A DNA stretch of 64,000 bases, taken from positions 24,674,709-24,738,708 of the forward strand of contig OZ316894.1 in the NCBI GenBank assembly GCA_973895155.1, given 5' to 3'. Below, one piece after another: positions 38,401 through 49,100 of this stretch (position 1 is the stretch's first letter; each line of letters starts with the position of its first letter). The notes below the pieces were generated by a model. It searched no databases. It was not told the DNA's origin and saw nothing but the letters and a program-made list of their open reading frames with translations. Made by a program: the position numbers and the translations under genes. This stretch comes from Marsupella aquatica. Taxonomy: Eukaryota > Plantae > Marchantiophyta.

Positions 38401-40150
38401 TTGGCAATTTTGATGTCGTGGGCCTTGTTATTAATTTGCCGCATGAGCATGCAGTGCATGGGGTGCTCGCTGGAATGTGGCGTGTATTTAATGGAATGCC
38501 TCTTGAATTCTTAATGATTTTGGTTAGCATTGATTGGCCGGGGTGGCCGAGGCGTGCATGCCAAAGCGCATGCAATTCGCTTGTGTTGGCATTGTTATGC
38601 AGACATTCAATATGAGTTACATAAAACCCGCAAGGATACGAGAAAATGGTTTCTTTAATGGTTTTCCCCGTAGGGGTATTTTCAACCAAGTGTATCACTT
38701 CTTGGTCTCTGGTATCGCCCGTCTGGACGTGTAGTCCATTTGCTCGTATATCTCTAAAACTGAGGAGATTACGGGTTGCGTTCGGGGCAAAAATGGCAGA
38801 TTCTATGTGAATCGTTGTACCCTACGGGAGTCTAAGGGAAGCTAGGCCGAAGCCTTCTTCTATTTGGCTAGGGTCATTTATAGTGGTCAGGGATCTATGT
38901 GAGGGTGTGATCTTGTAAAAAAGGTGTCTATCTCGGAGGATAATATACGTAGTCGCACTATCGATAATACATGTGTTGTGGCTATTTAAGTCTGGTGTAG
39001 TGGAGCTACTTGCCACTAAGTGTGCCTCGGGTTGGGCGGGTAGGTCTGAAAAGTCTTGGAATGGGTCACTCGACTCCATAACCGCCCCGTGGATTTCACG
39101 GGGTGGTGCCCTAGAGGTTTGTTCATCCTGGATGGACCGTTGATATAGTTCTCTGAGGTGTTGCGGGATTCTACAGTTTCTCGCTAGGTGGTTTGTCATG
39201 CCACATTCATGGCATTTCGATCGTTCTCGTTGTTGTCGGGATTGTGACCAATCGTTTCTATGGTTGTTGTTATATGTTCTTCCACCGCCGCGTCCTCCAC
39301 GTCCACCACGTCCGCCACATCCTCCTCGTCCTCTGTGTCCTCCGCGTCCTCCACGTCCTTCGCGTCCTCCGCGTCCTCTAAAGGTCCGTTGGGAGTTATA
39401 TTGTGGATATTGGTTATAGAAACTCCCCCTGTTGTGGGTGTTTCTTTGGTTGCCATTCCTAGTACGCTTAATGCCCTGCCTGGATGTGGAGGGTTCAGCG
39501 TTTTTGATATTATGGGTTTCACTCTGTGATCCTGAGGGCATTGTACCCGCAGGGCATTTTCTAGAGTTAACTAAAAGAAGCTCTTGGTTTCTTTTTATGA
39601 CTAGGAGGTGGGCGATGAGCTCGGAGTATTGTTCGAACTTCATGTTCCGATACTGAGTTGATAGTAACACGTTCGAAGAGTGAAACGTGGACAAGGTCTT
39701 TTCTAGTAAGTCCTTGTCGGTGGCTGGCTCGCCACAGAGTGCGAGGGTTGAAGTTATTCTAAAGAGTTCGCTATTATAGACTAAAATAGAGGTAAAGTCC
39801 TGGACCCGCAGGTTTAGCCAGTCTTGCCTGGCTTTAGGTAGTTCGACCAGTTTTTGGTGGTCGAATCGGGTCTGGAGCGCTGTCCATAGTTCACGAGGGG
39901 TTGAGAGGTGCATGTATTGTCTTTGCAAGAATCTATGGATGTGGTGTCTGAGGAATACTAGAGCCTTGGATTCATTGGCTTTAGTTAACGGGTCTGGTTG
40001 GGGTTCGCCAGCTAGTATGGGTTGAGCTATCCTTATAGCTGGGAGTAGGGTTAGCGAGGTTAGGTTCTCTTTGAGGTTCATGGACCATTTCAGGTAGTTG
40101 CTACCATCGATTTCTAGGGCTGGAAAGGTTAGTTTCTCTAGGTTGGTCAT
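35467..40150 (-). pseudogene. Copia gag-pol polyprotein, disrupted
   Basis: Gag with RGG tract and zinc knuckle CHECGMTNHLARNC; PR CIIDSATT; INT WHARLGHPG, CTACSCGK, HADVCGP, RVDNAGEF, QNGLAE; RT YKARLVGKGF, LYGLKQSGR, YVDNL (catalytic YVDD mutated); RH GYADVGY, FEDNAAC, ADLFTK. In-frame TAG at 38824-38822, 1-nt deletion near 38035-38040, frameshift in RT near 36730-36755. Confidence 0.93.
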
Positions 40151-41169
40151 CGGGGTGGTGGCTTGATTCCTTTTAATGGTAATTGGGGCTTATTTACTAG
40201 TAAGTATAGTAAAAGTCGACAAAGCACATTTCTGCGGCATGCAAAGTGGGGCTGGGTGTAGAGAGCATGCAAATCCGAAATTCGATTTTAGGGTGTGCAC
40301 TTAGGATTTAGGTTTTCCTTGGTATTTGGTAACTGCAAAGTTTCCTTTGTATTAGTTCTTTCCTTTGTTAAACTGTGCAGTAATGAAGTTTTGCAGTTTA
40401 TGCAATTATGGGTGGTAATTTACTCGTGACCTGGTTAAGTGCACATGCGGCTTTGTAAGGTTAATTTTCTTTGTTACGAAATGCAGTTATGGAGGTTTTG
40501 CGGTTATGTGCGCTTATTTGGTTAAGTGCAACTTTTCCTTTGTGATTGAAATCTCTTTGACTGATTTTGCAGTTAAGGAGGTTTTGCACTTAGCAGCGGT
40601 TTTCGAGGTTTTCTCGACGTTTTGACATTTTTGTTGCGAGATTTGTCGACGTGCCGTCCTGCACCCGGGTCTCCTTTGATCAGGTTCATTTTTTTTTCTT
40701 CTTTGCCAGGCCTGCTTTTCTCTCCTCTGTTCACTTTGCTCTTGTCCTTATGGAGATCGGGCCTTCCATGCTCGTTGTTGTGTCTTCGATTCTTTAAAGA
40801 AAAAGGGTTCTTATCGCTTCTCCTTTCAATGCTGCCCTTATGCCAACTACTTTCTTGCAGTAGTCATTTAGGGTGAAATCGTGAGCAGACAGTTGTCATT
40901 TATGTTCTCTCCCGTTCTTCAAGGATTCTCCTTCTGTGCTTATCAATTGATGAAACTCTGATCCATCATCGGCTCTACACTATCCATCGATTCGCTCACA
41001 AGTCTTTTGTTATCTTTCGTTCGTTTTGCTCCAGTAATAACCAGACTCACGTTCTCCATCTCCAATCACTCATTGTCCATTCAGCATAAAAAAAAAATTC
41101 TCAAATCTTCCATGGTCTGTTCTCTCTTTTCTTCTTCACTCTGCTGGCTGAGACCTCGTGCTGATAACA

Positions 41170-41279
41170 TGTCAAGGTATGAATGAGAATGAGTACGTGT
41201 ATAGTCAGGAATGTAAGTACATATAGGGTGGTCGGATGACCGGCTGGTCCGGTCATCCGGTCAGAGGTAGAGTCTAACA
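41170..41279 (-). repeat. 5' LTR
   Basis: 110 bp, 107/110 identical to the other LTR. Confidence 0.95.
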
Positions 41280-41284
41280 GAAGG

Positions 41285-42920
41285 ACATTAAGGCCAAGAT
41301 ACTGCTCTGGGGGCTTTATATGAGGTCACTAATCACCCATAGCAAAAGTAAGGTCCATTTGATTCCCTAAACTTATGGTGAATTCACAAAACCTCACCGC
41401 CAATTGTTCTCTTTTCATTCCCTCTAAGATCAAATCTGTATTGTCTGAATTAAATAACATTTCACAATAGTCTATTTGCGTTAATCACAGGTATTCACTT
41501 AGACTCATGCAGTAGGGCACACAATTTTGATATAGCACCAGCTAAGATATTTCTAGGGACCCATCTATCTTATTGAATGTAACAACCGCTGGAGGGCAGG
41601 GTCCGTGAACTAATTGGTGTAGAGTACGTAAGACCCTGGAATGGGGGATTACAGTTGTATGCCACTGACACCCAACGCTGGAAGCCTGGGGGGGAGGGTG
41701 GGTTGCAAATGTTACCACCCTGGGCACTTGGGCCCAGGGCGTTAGATTACATGAACCAAAGTCTCGGCGGCCATCACGAATAAAGTTCTCAGGGTAATAA
41801 ACACCTCTAAACTGGGCTCCAAACATTAAAAAATGTTTTTTTCTGTTACTATCTTTACCCCTAAATTTGGTATTAAAAGCCCCTACAATTAGTTCTTATA
41901 ATTCTCTAAATTGGATTAAAACACCCTTAATCCTCACCAACAAAACTTTCAAATCTTCTGCTCAATCAATTAAAAACCCCCTAATTTATAAGTGCTCAAT
42001 GGGTAGGAAGAAAGAAATGAGGACCTGGGGACCAAAGTTTCAAATTTTGCAAAAAAAAGCAAAAGTCCAACTCACTGACCAGGCTGTCCAGTAAGTTACA
42101 AACAGTTGTCTCATTGCATCCACTCTCTAACAGGGTTCATGAGTATATTGGTGGGAAAACACAAACCAAATATAAGAAATTAAACTGGTTTAAGTATATT
42201 GTCAAAGTATTGTTTACAGCGCAATGTATGGCATAATGCTTCAAAAACAAGAGTTTGGAGGGGTTATCCTTGCCTATATAATGCTTTGGTAATAGGACCT
42301 TCATACATTTAAAGGCCTAAGAAATTTTAATTTTTTTGTACTTTAGTAAAAATAGAGGAGAATTTTACAATGAGCTGATCCAAATCTTGACTTTGCATTC
42401 TTCTCCAATAATGCCCCCAAGATTATAAAGTGAATATCCACAAAGGGCATTAGGATCTAGATGATGCATCCAAGTCTAACCTGTAGCAAAAACAGAGCAA
42501 GTCATCCAAGTATAATGGGTAGCCAAACCCAAAGCAAGAGTTGAGAGACTGGTTTAAGTATACAGTACTTCTCTTTAGAGGGCATGCCTCCTCTGGAAAC
42601 AAGACCTTTGTACTTCAAGGGCTGAAAGATTTTTAAATATTTTTCTAACTTTGTTACAAGTAGAGGAGAGTCTCGCTAAAGAGGTGATCCAAAGCTTCAC
42701 TAGGCATCATGCTCCCAAAATGCCCTGAAAAATACAAACGGAAAAAGCATAAAAAGCATCCTGTTTTACAAGGCATTGTGTGCCATAATGCCCCCCCAAA
42801 TGAGAGCATGGAGCTTGAGTTTTGAGGGGCTATCCCGGGGCTATTTTGGCCCCTAACACTCTGGTAATAGAATCTTAATACACTGAAGGGCCCTAAGAGA
42901 TTTTATTTTTCAACTTTTAA
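41285..42920. repeat. Degenerate ~300-350-bp repeat array that continues on the other side of the copia (~34780-35044)
   Basis: Recurrent motifs: cattcttctccaataatgccccca (~35009, ~42397; variant ~42705); gcattgtgtg..ataatgcccc...agcttgagttttgag.ggctat (~34820, ~42772); ctggtttaagtata (~42185, ~42549). Confidence 0.65.
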
Positions 42921-44007
42921 TTCCTTTGCCACTAAAGATGTTCAAATTGATAATGCTGAGATGGTTTTGGGTATATTTACAAATATGCCATGAATTTGTA
43001 TAAAGACAACAAGTTCAACAAAGTAACCAAGGTGAGAATATACTAAAAAAGTGGCAATGACCATATTGTAAAGTATAACATCTTTATTGGAGTTTGTCTT
43101 TAGGGGTTTGATTTTTTTTTATTAATTTTAGCAAAAGCCTAGGAGAATCTTCATATATATCACAGTGCCCAAGGGCAAAAAATGTCAAACCTGGAGACAT
43201 GATCCCAAAGGCAAAGCAACCCAGTGAAGAGGAGGAAAAGAGGAGAAAGGGCCTCAAGAAAAACAAGTCAGGCCCCCCCAACCAAAAGCCTACTAAAGAA
43301 CAAGGACCAAAAAGTAACCTATAAAGGAGCCATGAAAGCTAACACCCTATTGATTCGAGAACTGAAAAGCTTGGTATAGCTCCAGAGTAAACCGCATAGG
43401 AGGGTCATGAAGAGTTGATCCAGTTCTTGACTGTGCATTCTTTTCCTTTGCAAATTACATAGAGCAAAATCATCACCAATGGCCTCAAGCTAACTGTACT
43501 GGGTAGCAAAAACATAAATCCAAATTTGAGAGAGGGTTTAAGCTCTACACTACCCATCCAACCTATTCTGTCAAACATCATCATCTATGACGCGTTGAAT
43601 TGCTGCAACCAGCGAAGTACATCAGAACACTACTTTTTCCAGCTTTTTACACTAGACATATGTCAGGAGCTGAGCTCAGCCAAGCCCAATAGAGTAGTGT
43701 AGAGTAGAGTAGAGAGCAACAAAGCTGACACAATTATATGATCAGCAATAAGAAAGCAAACAAGGCAAGCTGGAGGGCATGACTGCACTCTCAGAGCATC
43801 CACACGACTCCTGCGAAACGAAAACATTGATGGGTCTGATGGTACTCCTCCGAATCTGACATCACAATTAAAAAAATGTCGGAAGAAGAAGAAGTGGTGT
43901 TGTTCAGTTGTTGAGACTGAGGACTGATGAGGACGGTGAATGAGGAGCACTGTCTGGACCTGTTCCCCTGGCAAAACAATTTTTGCCTAGCTTTGTGGTT
44001 GACTTCC

Positions 44008-44010
<3 letters not shown>

Positions 44011-44046
<36 letters not shown>
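44011..44046 (+). repeat. (CT)18 microsatellite, likely near the TSS / 5'UTR of the KONJAC gene
   Basis: Direct read of the sequence. CT tracts commonly mark plant 5' leaders; a donor-like GAG|GTTTGT follows at 44281. Confidence 0.85.
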
Positions 44047-44049
<3 letters not shown>

Positions 44050-46192
44050 GCTTGCCCGTCCGCTCATCTCGGAATTCGAAGACTCCCCATGTCCTCTAAA
44101 GCTTTTGTTGATGGGAGTGCTGCTCTCTGCAAGATCATCACTTCACCTCACCTCAGCTCACCTCAATTCACTGCCCTTCACACTCCATTACGTTGTGAAG
44201 AAACAAAGATCTGGAAAATAAATCCAGCTTACAAATCCGTGTTTGCTGAAGCACATCGTTGATTCATACTCAAGACTGAGGTTTGTGCTGAATGCTTACT
44301 AATTAATCGAGGGAGCAGCCACAAAAAAGGTCTGCTCTGGTACAGAGCACAGATCTGGTTCTCTATTAGAAGATCTGATGTGGAGGTTGGCGATCGGGGC
44401 GTTCTCTGAGACGTTGAGACTTGAGGGAGATTAATGGCACCGCACAATGCGGAGACTAGAGTCCAGATTGCAGATTCGGATTCAGATACACTGTGTGTAA
44501 TAGGTGGATGCCGGATATTCCTCGGGTGCTGACTGGGAACGGCGCCCCTGTCTCGTGGGGTTTGTGACTTTGTGGGTATGTCGGATAGGGACTGGTGGTC
44601 AGGGTGGGGGACGCTGAAGGAATGGCGAGTCACTGGTACTATCCCTTTTTTTGAGTATGTGACCGTCGGGAGCAAAGATCGGAGCACTTTCTGAGATCCC
44701 TTTTCCGCCCCTTTCTTTAGGGTCCTCATTAGTCTCCATCATTCTTCCTTGTCTTCCCTCCTGGCTGTCATCGCATTATGCTCACCTCGACAGCCCAATC
44801 TGGAGTTTTGACTGGAGTTAACGAGTGGAAACGCAGACAGCACTCTCCTGAGCGATCTGTTGCGATGCGAATTTGAAAATAATTATCTCGGTATGTGACA
44901 CTATCGCTACAACTACAACGGTAGTTTTTCTTCCGTCGTCTTTTGTTGGTCTGCCTGCACCTCACGGTTCACTCGAATCTGTGCTTTTACTCGAGTTAGA
45001 TGGGGACAATGCTGTGAATTGCCCCACCTTCATGAGCAGCAGTGAATAGGACAATTCAGTACAGTAGTGAACTAGTGGTCGGTTAGGGAGGAGCTTTGTT
45101 GCCAGATCTGCTTTGAAAAAAGTTCCTTTCCGAGTAGATTTTCGACTGTTGATGCATCCGTCCAGCATTGTGTCGTTCTGAGAGGGACGAATGAGCAGCA
45201 CCGCTGTCGTCGTTTGCCAAGTGGAGGTTGTTAGTAAGTCATCCCGGAGTCAAACGGTGAAGTTCACAGCAACTGATGGTAATAGCCGGATATTACATCT
45301 GTCTGGTCACATTGGATTGAGAAGTCATAGAGTTCCGGATCTGTCATTGTTCGTTACGTTGCACGGATCGAGCTTTACATTGCAGAAGTCGACGAGAGAG
45401 CTCCAGATCTCTTTCCTGTTGTCAGATCTGATCGAACTGATCTGTGTTTTGTGTTTGGAAATGTGTCGGAGAGACTCTCTTTTTGCTTAGGCGCGCCCGT
45501 CCGGCATTTTAATTAGGTTGAGGAAGAAGAAATGTGACAGATTTTTGAAGAAATGAACATCCAAAATTGGCCCACTACTTCGTGGTTCAATGTGATCTGT
45601 GAGATTCTCCTTCCGCGCTGTAGTGAGGGGAACACTACAGTTCCAGAACTTTCTCTGAACATCCTGATTCTACCTCTCTTGAATGGCAACACAGAACGTT
45701 CGCTCTCTTTTGCTTGAGGGGCATTCGTCAGCTTGAAGAAGAGCCCGACCTTGAGGAAAGAAAGGAGTGATTGAGGAGGACCATGATAGGATGATGAGGA
45801 AGTCTTGGCAAGGAGGAAATGACGATTTGGATTTTTATACGAGTTAGGGAGTGTTGTCTATTTGTCTTGCTGTTTGAGGTACTAACGCTACAGATGGGTT
45901 CACTGATCGTACAGTGCTGAAGGAAACAGGTGTCATCGTATGCATCGTGACTGGAGGATGGTCCTTGTGGACCAGATCTGTGGAATGCCGTCGTTGCTGG
46001 GATGCGTAGACTTGGAAGATAACGTTTTCTGGCTTGCTAGCTGGTAACAGCGAAGTGGACGAGCCATTGGAGCAACAGCAGCAACAGAAAAAGAAGAGAT
46101 TGCTTTCTTCGTCTTTTCCTAATCCAGTCGTACATTTCTACTCTTTAATTTGGGTTGGCCCCTTTCAAGACGAACTGCGAACGAATCTCACA

Positions 46193-49100
46193 ATGGGTCC
46201 CGAAGTATCTAACTCAACTGGGAGGACAGTGGCGGTGATAATGGTGGGCGGACCGACCAAAGGTACTGTTTGGGGAGGGATATTTGTCTTTAAGTATTGC
46301 AGTCTCTCTAGTTATCAGGTGAGGGACACAGAACAACGGACAGTCAGTGAGAGATGTAATAATGGGGTATAGTGAAAGATGGCAATAATAGTGAAAGATC
46401 TATGGCGTTTGGCAGTGGAGACATTCATAGCTGTTGAGCGCATTTTGGAACCGGGATGCCATGGACCACGCGAAGTTTTCAGGGACATCAATATTGAGCA
46501 CACATAGATAGAATGACCCAATTTACACACATTGTATACAGTTTCCGGTAATCGAGTGGAGGTATCAGAATTAAGAATCGAAACGTCTATTGACGGGTCA
46601 TGTAGTTTTAGCGTTCTTTCAATGAATGGAAAGAGACTCGCCTGCAGCATCGCTTAGCATCATAGGATAGCTCTAGAAGTGGACTTTGTTGCAATTCTCC
46701 CCATCGTGGTAAAGGCAGCTGGCAGATCTGCTTGGAGTGCTTTACTGGGAAACTTGTGTGAACAACTGAGAGGAGAAGGACCAGCATTGGTGCATCATAA
46801 GCTTTAGCTTGAGACTTCCGTGACCTCTCTTTCTGTATTGCAGGTACTCGATTTCGGCCGTTGTCATTCAACCTTGCTAAACCTCTCTTCCCACTCGCGG
46901 GACAGCCAATGGTCCACCATCCGGTCCTCTCCTGCAAGAAGGTCTGTCCACCGTTCCTTCCTCCAGATCTGGAAATATTCGCTTTGTACGATGTGTACCT
47001 TACTGACCTTACGATATGTACGATATCGACCTTGACAGTGATCTTATCATTTGTGAATTTCTGGATTCTTGATGCAGATACCAAACTTGGCCCATATTTA
47101 CTTGATTGGCTTTTATGAAGAACGGGACTTTTCTCTATACTGTTCTGCCATCTCCAGTGAGCTGAAGATTCCAGTGAGGTATGAAGTAACACTAATGTCC
47201 TTTATTGCTAAAATCATTACTACTAGCGCTGTCACAATTTCTATATCCCTCCCCATGTCCTTTGTCACAATGTGGCTAAGCAAACCATCCCATGGTTTTG
47301 GTGCCGCGTTAAGATGGCGGTTTGAAGAACGTTATGCATCCGGATATGCACTAATGGCAGCATATGTTTCATCCAACAGATATCTACGAGAAGACAGACC
47401 ACATGGATCAGCTGGTGGTCTTTACAGCTTCAGGGATCTTATCCTGGAGGATTATCCAGTAAGCACTTTATCAAATGCTGCTTAATATATTTCTCTCCGT
47501 CATATGTTTGTTTGTTTTTTTGGAACATAGTAATAATGTTGGGCATGCTTTGTCATAATTAAAAGTGAATAGACTTGACATGGACCCAGATGTTCATGAC
47601 AAAGATGATCTCTGCTATGATGAAACCAAAGGCAAGTCTCGTAGAAAATAACCCCGCGCAGTGAAGCAGCGTATGAATTATACTTTCTGTGGTTGTGCCA
47701 GGAAGATATCATCGTCTTAAATTGTGATGTTTGCTGCAGCTTTCCTCTTCGAGAAATGTTGGGTATGCTACACCATATGGTCTGGAAAGGATTCGTTTTT
47801 TCCTTAACATCGGATCTTTGTTCTTGAGTAAAACGAAAATCAGCATTGAGATATGCAGTTTGATGACATTGCACAAACTGTGTGGTTAGCTGCTTCGAAT
47901 CCCCTGTCACTAAAGTAAGATTTTGGCACGGAGTTTCTAACTCATGAGTGGTGCCTCCGTACCGTCCATACTGCAGCTGCACATAAGTCTTTTGGAGGAA
48001 TCGGCACGTTACTTGTGAAGAAGGTAATTTCTGTGTGAGTGCGTAGAGGTGGTGTAAGATTTCAAAGATCTGAATCGGACAATGATCTTCCTCTACTTTT
48101 TCATATCGTTGCAAGTAGCAATACCTGAATGTTGGCTTTTTGTTTGCTCAGGTGTCAGCAGACTTTGCCAGTCAGTTTGGTGAACTAGTGGCTGATCCAG
48201 TCACAAAGGAGCTGCTTCATTATGCTGAGAAGCCAGAGACTTTTGTAAGGCCACATCTCCAGTACATGCTCCAACCTTTTTGAGAACTTCAACTGAGCTT
48301 GTGATGAGTGTTAGATTTTGATTCCCGAGGCACTACTGGGACTTTGACTGAGGACTAATCACAACTGCAATCTTCCCTCTGATGAAAGTCATTACCGTTC
48401 TTTCAGGTGAGTGACCTCATAAACTGCGGAGTCTATATCTTCACACCAGAGATATTCAAAGCTGCTACAGATGTGTCAACATCTCGCATTGAGAAAGGTA
48501 GTCAGAAAGCAGTTGTCCACGTGCAGCATGTGCCCCATGGGTTCACTAACAGCTGAAATGAGATAAATGGATACATGAGGATGTTATGTTTGGTGAATTG
48601 AAATTTGGGTGGGATAAGTGCAGGCCCAATTGTGCAGACAGGAGCAGCTGTCAAATGACTGTAGGATGACTAAGCTCACCACTGTTTTTCCTGTGTCATA
48701 CCAGATGTTTTGCGACGTCTAACTAGCCTCGAAGCTCTACAGTCAGCAACAAAGTGAGTCTTAGATTCCTAAATGGCTCGTGTAGGTTTTTTGGGTGCTT
48801 ACTTCGGTTTGTGTGCTCTACCAGCTATTTTACGACGTGTATCTAGCTTCGAAGCTCTTCAGTCAGCAACGAAGTGAGTCTTAGATTCCCATCAATAATC
48901 AACGAGAGTATATGTGTTGTGTAATATTTTGCTCTCATCACACACTGTTCACAAAGCACCAAAGTGCAATTGTTGGGAAGAACATGGATAAGAATGTTCC
49001 CTTACCATTTTAAGGAAATACTGATCACAACCAGTGTGTCATCCTTGTTGGATTTTGTGGTCTTTCTCTCTTGACAAGTTTGCTCCATTGTCATATTTAC

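Larger units (their letters stand above)
35045..41279 (-). mobile_element. Full-length Ty1/copia LTR retrotransposon, Bianca-like lineage
   Basis: 110-bp LTRs (TG...CA) at 35045-35154 and 41170-41279 with 3 mismatches; 5-bp TSD GAAGG (35040-35044 and 41280-41284); PBS TGTTATCAGCACGA next to the 5' LTR; PPT AAAGGGGAG next to the 3' LTR; domain order gag-PR-INT-RT-RH. Confidence 0.96.

Noticed and set aside
39196-39529. Acidic or Ser/Pro-rich ORFs overlapping gag
   Set aside because: They are alternative-frame readings of the RGG-coding repeat.
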